DNA from: Bacillota bacterium
GTDB taxonomy: Bacteria; Bacillota; Clostridia; Oscillospirales; Acutalibacteraceae
Reading direction: 5' to 3'
DNA length: 44,050 nt
Assembly (NCBI GenBank): GCA_023397245.1
Contig: JAEWUH010000235.1
Span: 1 to 44,050, forward strand
This document shows positions 1-9,329 of this stretch, in pieces. The position numbers and the translations under genes are program-made. Below the pieces are notes generated by a model, which was given only the letters and a program-made list of their open reading frames with translations, searched no databases and had not been told where the DNA came from. Each line of letters starts with the position of its first letter. Position 1 is the stretch's first letter.

Positions 1-41
1 CCCAGTATACCGTTTATACGGCATGTCTTTTGGCATGAAAA

Positions 42-88
42 CACCCCATTTGTTTTTCAGTATATCACACTGTCTAACAAATGGGGTG
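42..88 (-). terminator. Putative terminator hairpin downstream of cooT
   Basis: Perfect 12-bp inverted repeat: caccccatttgt at 42-53 and acaaatggggtg at 77-88. The loop is 23 nt. A short T-run follows on the minus strand, about 47 nt after the cooT stop. The loop is large for a canonical terminator. Confidence 0.35.
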
Positions 89-134
89 CTGTTCAACCTT
101 TGTCAGCGGGCAGCAGGGATTTTATTATGAGAAT

Positions 135-323
135 TTATTCCAGAATGATCCTGTGGTCTACAAGATGCATCTCTTTGATTCTGGCGCGAACGGTTTTGCG
201 CTCGCCGTAAATATTTTCAAGATAAATATGGTCGTCTTCCTTTGGGATTACTTTATCGACCGCGTCGAGCAGCAGGTTGGTATTCCCGTCCTTATCCAGA
301 AGATATACGTTTGCTTCACACAT
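135..323 (-). CDS. cooT: CooT-family nickel-binding protein (small beta-barrel, formerly 'predicted RNA-binding protein')
   Basis: The 62-aa product begins MCEANVYLLDKDG. GAGGTGA lies 5 nt upstream of the internal ATG at 323, which places Cys at position 2. Cys2 is the known Ni-binding residue in CooT. Size and sequence pattern are typical of the family. Confidence 0.75.
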   Translation of the reverse strand: MCEANVYLLDKDGNTNLLLDAVDKVIPKEDDHIYLENIYGERKTVRARIKEMHLVDHRIILE

Positions 324-324
324 A

Positions 325-741
325 TCATTCACCTCGGATCATGTTTTTTACCATATCGGCAACTTCGTTCACGTAATGCGGCAGCGGTTCGCGGCTCACT
401 CCCGCAATATAGATCTGGCAGCGGTTCAGCGGAATCAGTATTTTTTTTGCGGGACTTTCCGCAATCGCTTTCGCCATGGCGGGCGTGAGTTCCCCGAGCA
501 TGGAATTTGCGGCAAGAATGGCAACGCTGCCAATAATGATGTCGGCTTTGGGGGCATTCACAACGATTGCATTTTCCCCGGACGCACCTTCGTTTGCACC
601 GGCCCTGAGCATTAAGGAGGTTGCCAGCGCATTCGTTCCCAGTGCAAGAATTTCCGCATCGTCTCCGAGTTCCCACCGCAGCTTTTCGATCAGCGTTTTC
701 CCGATTCCTCCGCCCTGGCCGTCAATTACCGCAATCTGCAT
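325..741 (-). CDS. DUF3842 family protein
   Basis: The N-terminus MQIAVIDGQGGGIGK and the ~140-aa length match the DUF3842 pattern as I remember it. The stop lies 1 nt before the cooT ATG. The ORF track begins at a GTG at 756; the ATG at 741 is preferred. Confidence 0.65.
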   Translation of the reverse strand: MQIAVIDGQGGGIGKTLIEKLRWELGDDAEILALGTNALATSLMLRAGANEGASGENAIVVNAPKADIIIGSVAILAANSMLGELTPAMAKAIAESPAKKILIPLNRCQIYIAGVSREPLPHYVNEVADMVKNMIRGE

Positions 742-814
742 TTTAACACCGTCCACAACTGTCTTTAAACTATATGCCGGTTATCATTATATCATACTTC
801 GGAACTTTTTCCAC

Positions 815-1594
815 TTAAATATAATCATCTTCGCCGACCAGATTTACTTCACGCAGCAGGCGGCAGTCCCGGATCAAAGCCTCCGTGGGCTGATCCGCAA
901 CAATACGGTGATCCTCACTGAATAATATGGCTCTGTCCGAAAGCTTATGCACCAGTTCCAGATTATGCGTGGCGGTGAGAATCGTTTTACCCGCTTTATT
1001 GAGCGAAACCAGCAGCCCGACCAGCCATGCCTGCGTTCTGGGATCAAGGCCGTTGGTCGGCTCGTCCAGAATCAGGACATCCGGATTCATGACAAGTACG
1101 CAGGCCAGCGCGACCTTCTTTTTCTCTCCGCCGCTCAGCTTGAACGGCGGTTTACTAAGCAGATGCCCAATGTTCAGCATAGCGGAGATATCAGAAATCC
1201 GCTGTTTTACCCCGTCCGCGGAAAAGCCGAGCTGCAGCGGCCCAAAAGCAATTTCTTCCTCCACCGTACTGCAGAAAAGCTGCGCTTCCGAATTCTGAAA
1301 GATAAAGCCAACCTTTCTGTGGTAATCCTTGGAAAAGCGGTCGTCGTTCAGCATTTTCGCCGTTATTTTCTCGCCGAACGCAGCAAAGGTTCCTTGCTGG
1401 GGCAGAAGCAGCCCGGCGAGTATTTTCAGCAGCGTGGATTTGCCGCACCCGTTCGCACCGAGGATGCAGAGCTTTTCCCCTTCCCGCACGCCGAGGCTGA
1501 TATCCCTCAGCACCGGCTTTTCGTAAGGATAGGAAAACTCCGCGCGGTCAAGCTGAAAGATCAAATTTCCAGACGCCAAACGACCGCCTCCCAT
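815..1594 (-). CDS. Ni/Co ECF-type transporter ATPase (CbiO/NikO family)
   Basis: Walker A GANGCGKST, signature LSGGEKKKV, Walker B LILDEPT, and an FQN..QLF..TV..EIAFGP motif typical of CbiO/EcfA. The likely true start is the TTG at 1579, preceded by GGGAGG with 6-nt spacing. Confidence 0.85.
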   Translation of the reverse strand: MGGGRLASGNLIFQLDRAEFSYPYEKPVLRDISLGVREGEKLCILGANGCGKSTLLKILAGLLLPQQGTFAAFGEKITAKMLNDDRFSKDYHRKVGFIFQNSEAQLFCSTVEEEIAFGPLQLGFSADGVKQRISDISAMLNIGHLLSKPPFKLSGGEKKKVALACVLVMNPDVLILDEPTNGLDPRTQAWLVGLLVSLNKAGKTILTATHNLELVHKLSDRAILFSEDHRIVADQPTEALIRDCRLLREVNLVGEDDYI

Positions 1595-1657
1595 ATCTGT
1601 TTTAAATCTAATTTGCCCTGCGATTTTGCGGCTGCGCGGCTTTATCGGCAGTCTGTA

Positions 1658-2695
1658 TTAGTTTTCTTTTTTATCCTGCTCCTTAACCACCATCTTTGCG
1701 GTAAGGAAAATCAGCGCCGCAATCAACAAAACCCCTATGGCTGCGGAAAGGACATAGCCCGCCGCGGCACCGAACCGGCCTTCGCCCAGCGCAGGCACGG
1801 TATAATCCGGCAGCAGGGAGCTCCACCAGTTTGCCGCCGCCGTTATGCCCTGCGGAATATAGCCGAGCTGCGCCTTGATTTCCTCCATGCTCCACTCCCC
1901 AAAAGCGGTTCCCGTGGCAAGCAGCCCGAGCGGCGTCAGGAAAATCAGCGCGGCAAATGGAACGATGACCGGTTTATACCGCCGAATCCATGAGGATTTG
2001 GGTCCCGCCGCTCCGTTCAACTCCCGCGCGGCAAACAGCTGCGGGGCGAACTGATAGAGGTATGCCGCGGCGGCAGCCGTAACGGCGCCTTCAATCGGGC
2101 CGGCGATCAGAAGATGCGCGGCCATCATGGAAGGAACGGTAACGGAAAGCGGATACGGGCAATAAAGCGGCGCGCCGTCCGCCGCACGGAAGAGAAGCGG
2201 CTGGACGCCAAATTCAACCGCGGCGAGCAGAGCCGCAAGGTTCAGGCCGAAATAACTGCCGAAGAATGCGGCGGCAAGGCCCCGGCCGGTTTCCGGCCCG
2301 GATTTCCCTTTTATCAGCTTATAAACGCCATACCCGGCAAAGGGCATGACCAAGGCCATGTTCAGACAGTTGATGCCGTAGGCCATAATCCCGCCGTCCC
2401 CGAAAACAAGCGCCTGAATCAACAGCGCTGTGGAAACCGATATGACCGCGGCCCACGGGCCGAGCAGGATCGCAATGAAAACCGCGCCCACGGCGTGCGC
2501 CGAGCTGCCGCCGGCAACCGGCACGTTGAACATCATGATCAGGAACGAAAATGCGGAACAGAGCGCAAGCGCGGGAATCCGCTTTTTGCTGAATGTTTTC
2601 TTTACCTTTTGAAACGCAACACTCCACGCCGGAATCATACCGGCAACCGCCGGAATGGTCGTAGCGGGGCTCAGATACCCGTCCGGAATATGCAT
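1658..2695 (-). CDS. Fused CbiM/NikM permease with a C-terminal PDGLE (NikN-like) domain
   Basis: The N-terminus MHIPDGYLSP is the CbiM/NikM signature (N-terminal Met-His metal ligand). The body is multi-TM. The C-terminal ~110 aa has two TM segments flanking FGEWS...LPDY, like PDGLE domains. The ATG at 2695 follows GGGGTG; the ORF-track start at 2713 is a TTG. Confidence 0.85.
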   Translation of the reverse strand: MHIPDGYLSPATTIPAVAGMIPAWSVAFQKVKKTFSKKRIPALALCSAFSFLIMMFNVPVAGGSSAHAVGAVFIAILLGPWAAVISVSTALLIQALVFGDGGIMAYGINCLNMALVMPFAGYGVYKLIKGKSGPETGRGLAAAFFGSYFGLNLAALLAAVEFGVQPLLFRAADGAPLYCPYPLSVTVPSMMAAHLLIAGPIEGAVTAAAAAYLYQFAPQLFAARELNGAAGPKSSWIRRYKPVIVPFAALIFLTPLGLLATGTAFGEWSMEEIKAQLGYIPQGITAAANWWSSLLPDYTVPALGEGRFGAAAGYVLSAAIGVLLIAALIFLTAKMVVKEQDKKEN

Positions 2696-2710
2696 AAAAG
2701 CACCCCAATT

Positions 2711-2753
2711 CAAAAATAAAGCCCATGCCGGGCATAATTACGCCCTTCATGGG
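2711..2753 (-). terminator. Terminator-like hairpin inside the nikMN 5' leader (candidate attenuator)
   Basis: Minus-strand RNA reads CCCAUGAAGGGC-GUAAUUAU-GCCCGGCAUGGG. It forms 6+4 bp with a 2x2 internal loop, followed by CUUUAUUUUU. It ends about 15 nt before the nikMN ATG. Confidence 0.45.
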
Positions 2754-2823
2754 TTGATTTGAAATCAGAGGAAATGTTTCAATTTCAATTACACAAAGCC
2801 TTCATGACTTTATTATGAAATTA

Positions 2824-2852
2824 ATTTTATCATAAGAACTGTTTTTTGTCAA
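2824..2852 (-). promoter_or_regulatory. Sigma-A type promoter for the nik operon
   Basis: On the minus strand: TTGACA (2852-2847), 17-nt spacer, TAAAAT (2829-2824). Confidence 0.55.
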
Positions 2853-2926
2853 TTCGCCAAACTTTCAGGAAAAATTTGACGGAATGAATTTTCAGCATCC
2901 GTGAAAACTAAATGAGGGGTGTTTTT

Positions 2927-3100
2927 ATGGGTGATATTCCGATTGGCTTAGGCATGGCTCTTGCAATGAATCCCGGAGCGATGGAAGCGTTCACCGCGCT
3001 TCCGGAGCAAAGAAAGCAGGAAATTATCGAGCATACACACCAAATCAGCTCCCGTCAGGAAATGCACGATTACGTGGAAAACCTGACCGGTACAAATTAG
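2927..3100 (+). CDS. Small hypothetical protein (57 aa)
   Basis: ORF with GAGGGG 7 nt upstream of the ATG at 2927. Sequence is MGDIPIGLGMALAMNPGAMEAF...; I do not recognise a family. Confidence 0.45.
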   Translation: MGDIPIGLGMALAMNPGAMEAFTALPEQRKQEIIEHTHQISSRQEMHDYVENLTGTN

Positions 3101-3241
3101 CAGTTATAGTTGAGACAAAACCGAGCATGATAATAGCGGCGGGGCAAATACCGTATTTTTAAAAACGTGCCGGTGTGCATGGGTATTTACCCTGTTAGGG
3201 CGGGGCTCAAACCTCGCCCGGTCTTACATAATCTTTTTGGT

Positions 3242-4579
3242 TTATTCGTGCTTCAGCCCTTTCAGCGCGGGGTTATTGATGAGCTTTCCCTCTTTTGTAT
3301 AACGCGAACCATGGCACGGACAGTCCCATGTGTTTTCGTCGGGATTCCATTGCAGACGGCAGCCCAGGTGCGCGCACCGGCGGGAAGGTGCGGAAAACAG
3401 CCCGGTGGTAAGGCCCGCAACCGACTGCCCCGCGTCCGTAAACAGGTTTTTGGCGGACGCACCCATGTTGAACCGCTGCGGCGAAAACACGTCGGCGCAG
3501 TCGTTTTCCCTGCCGCAGATCATATCCGTAAGGATCATGGCGGAGGCCATGGAGGTAGACATACCCCATTTTTTAAAGCCGGTCGTCACAAACAGATTGG
3601 GCGTGGATTCCGCAAAGCGGCCGATATAGGGCACGTTGTCCCAGGTAACGCAGTCCTGTGCGGACCAGTTGCAGACCTCTTTGCTTTTCGGGTAGAATTT
3701 CTTGGCGGCTTTACGGAGCTTTTCATAGCTGCTCGCCTGCGGGTGCTTTCCCGAACGGTGTGCGCCTCCGCCGAAAAGCAGAAGGTCGCCGTAATTGCGG
3801 AAGGAGTACGCGTTATTCGTATCGATGCTGAGATACATCCCATCCACCTGCGCCGCGTTTTCCAGCGCCAGCACATAGGAACGTTCCTGATGCATACGCG
3901 CAAAATACCACCCCGGCACATTGATGAACGGGAAGTGCGACGCAATCACAATCTGGTCTGCCGTCACCCTGCCGTGGTCGGTAATGACGACATCGCCCCG
4001 TATTTCGCGCGCCATGGTATGTTCGTATATGGTCAGATCGGCTGAAATCGCCTTTAAAAATTTCAAGGGATTGAACTGCGCCTGATCCGCAAAGCGCAGC
4101 GCGGATTTTACCGGAAACGGCAGACCGGTTTTCGTAGTCAGCTCCGCTTCGATTTTCAGGGTACGCGCCGCATCCAGCTCGTCTTCAAGAGGCTTTACAT
4201 CCTCCAGCGTATAAAGATAGGCGGACTTTGTCTCCAGTTCGCAGTCGATATTGTTTTCCGCGATAATATCCCGGTACATCTTTATTGCGCGCTGATTTGC
4301 CCACGCATACTGCGCCGCTTTTTCCACCCCGAAGTTGTCAATGAGCTGACGGTAAATCAGGCTGTGCTGGCAGGTGATTTTCGCCGTCGTATTCTTCGTC
4401 ATTCCACTTGCGGTGGTGGAACCTTCCAGCACGGCCACGTCCAGCCCCTGCTTTTTCAAAAGATACGCGGTAAGCAGTCCGGCCATTCCGCTCCCGATCA
4501 CCGCGACCTGCACGACATGATCGCCATCCAGCCTTTCCCTTTCCGGAAAAGTACAGCTTTTGCTCCAGATTGATTCCAT
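3242..4579 (-). CDS. FAD-dependent oxidoreductase with a C-terminal Rieske [2Fe-2S] domain (YhfW-like architecture)
   Basis: N-terminal dinucleotide fold VAVIGSGMAGL. C-terminal Rieske ligand motifs CAHLGC....CPCHGSRY. Confidence 0.8.
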   Translation of the reverse strand: MESIWSKSCTFPERERLDGDHVVQVAVIGSGMAGLLTAYLLKKQGLDVAVLEGSTTASGMTKNTTAKITCQHSLIYRQLIDNFGVEKAAQYAWANQRAIKMYRDIIAENNIDCELETKSAYLYTLEDVKPLEDELDAARTLKIEAELTTKTGLPFPVKSALRFADQAQFNPLKFLKAISADLTIYEHTMAREIRGDVVITDHGRVTADQIVIASHFPFINVPGWYFARMHQERSYVLALENAAQVDGMYLSIDTNNAYSFRNYGDLLLFGGGAHRSGKHPQASSYEKLRKAAKKFYPKSKEVCNWSAQDCVTWDNVPYIGRFAESTPNLFVTTGFKKWGMSTSMASAMILTDMICGRENDCADVFSPQRFNMGASAKNLFTDAGQSVAGLTTGLFSAPSRRCAHLGCRLQWNPDENTWDCPCHGSRYTKEGKLINNPALKGLKHE

Positions 4580-4827
4580 TTTTACATCCCTCCGACATTA
4601 AGTTTTGCCAATATTTATGAATTAATACCATGCCGCTTATTTCCCTTGTAACATTTTGTTTGCTTTATCGGAAAACGCCTGCCGAAATGTTTACTCAGCC
4701 TCATCCAAAGCGGTTAATTTGCCTCATTTAATTCATTAAAAGAATTAATTTAGTAAGCTAATGTAGTAATATAGTAGCTGGCAATACCGTATTATTGAGT
4801 AGACAAAACTTTTTAGGTGGGATATTT

Positions 4828-5730
4828 ATGAAAAAGATATTATCGGTTATCCTGACGGCTGCGATTGCCGCTTCCTGTACCGCATGCGGCCTTGTAAAAA
4901 ATGCCGCCTCCTCTCAGGCTTCCGCCCCGGCTGCCGCTTCAAACGCTCCGGCTGCTTCCGCAGCTTCGGCTTCTGCGGCTTCCGACGATTCCTGGAACAA
5001 GGTGCAGAAGGCGGGCAAACTGATTCTCGGGCTTGACGACGCGTTCCCCCCGATGGGCTATGTGGACACAAAGACCGGCAAGCTGGTCGGCTTTGATATC
5101 GACGTTGCGGCAGAAGCCTGCAAGCGTTTAAATATCGAACTGAAAACGCAGGCGATTGACTGGGACAATAAGACAGCCGAGCTCAACAACGGCAATATCG
5201 ACTGCCTGTGGAACGGTTTCAGCAAGACCGAAGAACGGGAAAAGGAATTCAACCTGAGCATTCCCTACATGAAGAACAACCAGATCGTTTTGATCAAAAC
5301 GACCGACAATTTCACCGGACTTTCTTCCCTTGCGGGGAAAACCGTGGGCGTACAGTCGGACTCCTCCGCGGAATCCGCGCTGAATTCAAACGCAGACTTT
5401 AAGAAGACCTTAAAATCGGTCGTACAGATCGACGATTACTCAAAGGCTGTTCTGGAGCTGCAGAACGGAACCATTGACGCGATCGCAATCGACGAGGTGG
5501 TTGCGCGGTATTATCTGACGAACAATCCGGGCGCCTACAAGGTGCTCCAGGAAAAGGACGGCAAGGATTCTTCTCTGGCCGTGGAGGACTATGTTGTCGG
5601 CTTCCGCAAGGCGGACAGCGCGCTGAAAGAGAAAATTGAGGGCGCGGTCAAGGATATGGCTGCCGACGGAACTCTGGCCAAAATCTCGACAAAGTGGTTC
5701 GGCAAGGATGTAACGACGGTTAGCAAATAA
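4828..5730 (+). CDS. Polar amino-acid ABC transporter substrate-binding lipoprotein (SBP family 3)
   Basis: Signal peptide with lipobox AASC. An Ala/Ser-rich linker follows. The body is family-3 SBP-like (LGLDDAFPPMGY, IDCLWNGFS). AGGTGGG lies 6 nt upstream of the ATG at 4828. Confidence 0.85.
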   Translation: MKKILSVILTAAIAASCTACGLVKNAASSQASAPAAASNAPAASAASASAASDDSWNKVQKAGKLILGLDDAFPPMGYVDTKTGKLVGFDIDVAAEACKRLNIELKTQAIDWDNKTAELNNGNIDCLWNGFSKTEEREKEFNLSIPYMKNNQIVLIKTTDNFTGLSSLAGKTVGVQSDSSAESALNSNADFKKTLKSVVQIDDYSKAVLELQNGTIDAIAIDEVVARYYLTNNPGAYKVLQEKDGKDSSLAVEDYVVGFRKADSALKEKIEGAVKDMAADGTLAKISTKWFGKDVTTVSK

Positions 5731-5811
5731 TCGACCGCAAAATGGATACTCGGCATAGGGCTGGCGAAAATCCGGCCCTGTGCCTTTGGCTTTTTATAAG
5801 GAGGCGCGCTT

Positions 5812-6453
5812 GTGAACTATCAGGTGCTTTTAACGCAGATGCTGGGAGCAACGCTTATGTCGCTCCGCATATTTTTTGTTACACTGATTTTTTCGCTGCC
5901 GCTCGGTTTGCTGGTTGCCATGGGACGTATGTCGAAGGTTAAGATTATCAACCTGCCGGTTCGGTTTTACATACTCATCATGCGCGGCACGCCGCTGATG
6001 CTGCAGCTGCTGTTCATCTTCTACGGCCTAAAGCCGATTTTTGACATTCAGCTGGACCGTGTGCTCTCCGCGGAGGTCGCGTTCATCCTGAATTACGCGG
6101 CATACTTTGCCGAGATTTTCCGCGGCGGCATTGAGGGAATCCCACGCGGGCAGTACGAGGCGGCCAAGGTGCTCGGCCTTACCCGCAGGCAGACCTTCTT
6201 CCGCATCATCCTGCCGCAGGTGGTCAAGCATATCATCCCGCCTATGGGCAACGAATTCATTACGCTTGTAAAGGATACCTCCCTTGCGCAGGTCATCGGC
6301 GTGGTGGAGCTTCTGAAGATTACCTCAAACTGGGTGTCCTCGGCCGTCAGCATGACGCCGTTCGCCATTGCGGGCGTATTCTACCTGTTTATGAACGGTG
6401 TGGTGACCCGCTGCTTTACGATGGCGGAAAACAAGCTGAGCTACTACCGCTAG
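5812..6453 (+). CDS. Amino-acid ABC transporter permease (His/Glu/Gln/Arg/opine family)
   Basis: Five-TM profile with an EAA-type loop (YEAAKVLGLTRRQTFFRIILPQ). GTG start 7 nt after GGAGG. Confidence 0.85.
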   Translation: MNYQVLLTQMLGATLMSLRIFFVTLIFSLPLGLLVAMGRMSKVKIINLPVRFYILIMRGTPLMLQLLFIFYGLKPIFDIQLDRVLSAEVAFILNYAAYFAEIFRGGIEGIPRGQYEAAKVLGLTRRQTFFRIILPQVVKHIIPPMGNEFITLVKDTSLAQVIGVVELLKITSNWVSSAVSMTPFAIAGVFYLFMNGVVTRCFTMAENKLSYYR

Positions 6454-6457
6454 GAGG

Positions 6458-7228
6458 ATGGAAATGGATATTTTAACGGCGAATAACATCTTCAAAAGCT
6501 TTGACGGAGAAGAAGTCCTCAAGGGAATTTCCATCAGCGTGAAAAAAGGCCACGTACTGGCCATCATAGGGCCCTCCGGCTCCGGTAAAAGCACCCTGCT
6601 GCGCTGCGTGACGCAGCTGGAAACGGTGGATTCCGGCGAAATCCATATCTGCGGCGAAACGCTTGTAAAAAACGACGCCGGCGGCAAGGCGGTTTATTCC
6701 GACAAAGCCACCTGCGCAAAGATCGGGCTGCACATCGGCCTTGTATTCCAGAATTTTAACCTCTTCCCCCATCTTTCCGTGATGCAGAACATCACCGAAG
6801 CGCCGGTCTGCGTCCTCAACCGGTCGAAGACGGAGGCGGAAGCAGCCGCGCGGGAGCTGCTGAAAAAGATGGACTTGTCCGACAAGGCGGATGCCTATCC
6901 CTGCCAGCTTTCCGGCGGCCAGCAGCAGCGCGTTTCCATCGCGCGCGCGCTTGCCATGAACCCGGATATCCTTTTTTTCGACGAGCCTACCAGCGCGCTT
7001 GACCCGGAACTGACCGGGGAAATTCTGAAGGTCATCCGCGAGCTGGCCGACGAGCACATGACGATGGTGGTCGTTACGCATGAAATGAAGTTTGCGCGGG
7101 ACGTTGCGGATTATATCGTCTTTATGGACAACGGCGCGATTGTGGAACAGGGCGACCCGGAGCAACTCTTCGGCAACACGCAGAACGAACGGACAAAAGC
7201 GTTTTTATCGCGCTTTAACGAAAACTAA
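6458..7228 (+). CDS. Amino-acid ABC transporter ATP-binding protein
   Basis: Walker [25 protein letters not shown], Walker [13 protein letters not shown], and H-loop VVVTHEM. The ATG at 6464 is an alternative start. Confidence 0.9.
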   Translation: MEMDILTANNIFKSFDGEEVLKGISISVKKGHVLAIIGPSGSGKSTLLRCVTQLETVDSGEIHICGETLVKNDAGGKAVYSDKATCAKIGLHIGLVFQNFNLFPHLSVMQNITEAPVCVLNRSKTEAEAAARELLKKMDLSDKADAYPCQLSGGQQQRVSIARALAMNPDILFFDEPTSALDPELTGEILKVIRELADEHMTMVVVTHEMKFARDVADYIVFMDNGAIVEQGDPEQLFGNTQNERTKAFLSRFNEN

Positions 7229-7260
7229 CGGACAAAGTCAGATAAAACTTTCCCGGCAAA

Positions 7261-7299
7261 CAAATACCGCACCGCGTTTGGAACGCGGTGCGGTATTTG
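7261..7299. terminator. Bidirectional intrinsic terminator between the ABC operon and pepP
   Basis: Perfect 16-bp stem caaataccgcaccgcg / cgcggtgcggtatttg, flanked by A- and T-rich tracts. It sits between convergent genes. Confidence 0.85.
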
Positions 7300-7316
7300 T
7301 TTGGAATCACTGTATA

Positions 7317-9107
7317 TTACTTTGAAATCGGCTCCGTATGCTTTTTCAGCCACTTGAGCTCCCTGCCGGAAAGCGAGGGGGAAAGCTTCTCGTAAACCAG
7401 CCTGTGGTAATCGTTCAGCCACTCGATCTCTTCGTTTGTCATCAGGGCGGTAATAATCCCCGCGGTATCGATCGGGAAATAGGTAACCGGCTCAAATTTG
7501 AGGAACTGGCCGTACTCGTTGTTTACCGCCGGAACAACCAGCATGATGTTTTCCGTACGGATGCCGTGCCGGCCCTCCTCGTAAATACCGGGCTCGTTCG
7601 TAATGGTCATGCCCTTTTTAAATACGACATTGTTGGTAATACGCAGGTTCTGCGGGCCTTCGTGAACGCCGCCGAACATTCCCACGCCGTGGCCGGTTCC
7701 GCAGCGGTAGTCAATCCCGTGCTTCCAGACCTGCTGGCGGCTCAGGATATCCAGATTCCCGCCGGTGCAGCCTTCCAGGAACACCGCGGAGGCAAGGGCG
7801 ATGTGCGCCTTGAGTACATAGGTGTAATGCTCCATTTCCTCACGGCTGAGCGGCCCGAGCACAAAGGTGCGCGTAATATCGGTGGTGCCCTCCAGATACT
7901 GCCCGCCGGAATCGATGAGCAGAAAGCCCTTCTTTTTTACGGTGCTGCACGAACCGGGCTCCGGGCTGTAGTGCATCATAGCCGCGTTCGCGTTGTAGGC
8001 TGCGATGGTTCCGAAGCTGTCTCCCATACTGTGCTTGCGCTTTGCCCTGCATTTGCTCAGAATATCACAGACGGTGCACTCCGTTACTTCTTCGCCCTTC
8101 TCCATCTTCTCTTCGAACTGAACGCAGAATTCCACCATCGCGCAGCCGTCCTCAACGTGGGCCAGCTTGATGTTTTTGATCTCCGTCTCATTCTTTACGC
8201 CCTTTAACGCCGTGACCGTGTCGCTGCCCTCTTTGACCGCAACATTGGAATTCTGCTGCAGGATGCGGCACAGCTCATAGCTAACGCTCGCCGTATCGAC
8301 AAGGATTGTTTTGGAAGAATCGATCTTTCTCAGCGCTTCTCCCATATCCTCATATTCCTTTACCGTAACGCCGTTCTCTTTCAGATAATCCATTGTTTCC
8401 GGCAGAACGCGTTTTGTGTTGATAAACAGATATGCGGAATCGGAATAGACCACCGCGTAGGAAATGGCAAGCGGATTATACTGAATGTCGTCCGCGCGGA
8501 TATTCATCAGCCACGCCACGCAGTCCAGTTTTGCAAAGATTTCGCCGTCCACTTTCTGCTTTTTCAGCTCCGCGCGTACCTGCTCCAGTTTTTCCTTGCA
8601 GGTGTATCCGGCATATTGCACATCGTGGACAAATACCTTTGACGCGGGAACTTCCGGCCGATCCGGCCAGATGTCGCAGATCAGGTCAACCGCCTTGATA
8701 TTCAGCTTTTTCTCCGCAAATGTCCTGCGCATTTCCTTTACGGCACCGGCGGAAAGCAGCTTGCCGTCAAAGCCGACGGTTTCGCCGTCCTTCAATTTTT
8801 CGTTCAAAAACTCCTGATAAGTAGGCACGCCCTTAACCGCCATGCGATACAGCACGATCTCACTGCCGTTAAGCTGGTTTGCCGCCTGGATAAAATATCT
8901 TCCGTCCGTCCATAACCCGCTTTCCGTTTCGGTTACGACCAGAGTCCCTGCCGAACCGGTGAAGCCGGAAAAGTAGCTCCGAGTCGTCCAGTGGGCGGGC
9001 AGATACTCGCTCATGTGCGGATCGGAGGACGGTATAATGTAGGCCTGCACCCCGTTTTCCTTCATTTTCCCCCGCAGGGCCGCCAGTTTTTCGTTTACGC
9101 TGACCAT
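7317..9107 (-). CDS. Xaa-Pro aminopeptidase (M24B, aminopeptidase P family, three-domain form)
   Basis: 596 aa. N-terminal creatinase/prolidase-like domains. The C-terminal pita-bread fold carries metal-ligand motifs (DSGGQY, DITRT, HGVGH, NEPG). Confidence 0.85.
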   Translation of the reverse strand: MVSVNEKLAALRGKMKENGVQAYIIPSSDPHMSEYLPAHWTTRSYFSGFTGSAGTLVVTETESGLWTDGRYFIQAANQLNGSEIVLYRMAVKGVPTYQEFLNEKLKDGETVGFDGKLLSAGAVKEMRRTFAEKKLNIKAVDLICDIWPDRPEVPASKVFVHDVQYAGYTCKEKLEQVRAELKKQKVDGEIFAKLDCVAWLMNIRADDIQYNPLAISYAVVYSDSAYLFINTKRVLPETMDYLKENGVTVKEYEDMGEALRKIDSSKTILVDTASVSYELCRILQQNSNVAVKEGSDTVTALKGVKNETEIKNIKLAHVEDGCAMVEFCVQFEEKMEKGEEVTECTVCDILSKCRAKRKHSMGDSFGTIAAYNANAAMMHYSPEPGSCSTVKKKGFLLIDSGGQYLEGTTDITRTFVLGPLSREEMEHYTYVLKAHIALASAVFLEGCTGGNLDILSRQQVWKHGIDYRCGTGHGVGMFGGVHEGPQNLRITNNVVFKKGMTITNEPGIYEEGRHGIRTENIMLVVPAVNNEYGQFLKFEPVTYFPIDTAGIITALMTNEEIEWLNDYHRLVYEKLSPSLSGRELKWLKKHTEPISK

Positions 9108-9262
9108 CGTTCAACACTCCTTCTATTCCAAATATAATTAATGCAGAAAAAATAAACACCTAAAAAGTATAGGCTTATTAAACAGCAAAGTCAATGTATT
9201 TCATGCGCCGGAGCCGAGGGGACAACGAAACATAAATTTCACAAATTCCGGACGAGAGAAAA

Positions 9263-9293
9263 GGCAGCCGTTCCGGGAATTGAAACGGCTGCC
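9263..9293 (-). terminator. Intrinsic terminator of citrate synthase
   Basis: Stem ggcagccgtt / aacggctgcc. A T-run follows on the minus strand, about 37 nt after the stop. Confidence 0.75.
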
Positions 9294-9329
9294 TTCTTAA
9301 ATGTCCGATATTTTAATTTACAGTCTGCT

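Noticed and set aside
947-1993. 348-aa plus-strand ORF, plus many other long ORFs antisense to annotated genes (e.g. 3167-4045, 7338-8207, 24550-25428, 27285-28049, 28816-29649, 36390-37214, 37142-38476, 42026-42919).
   Set aside because: They lie wholly opposite genes with unmistakable family motifs. Their products are Arg/Gly/Pro/His-rich and low in complexity. They lack RBSs. They are the shadow ORFs expected in GC-rich coding DNA.
2696-2852. Cobalamin or NiCo riboswitch upstream of the Ni/Co transporter.
   Set aside because: The leader is only about 125 nt. I cannot find a B12 box (GCCACUG-like) or the four-way junction conserved in NiCo elements. NiCo also regulates exporters. Kept only as an unclassified attenuator candidate.
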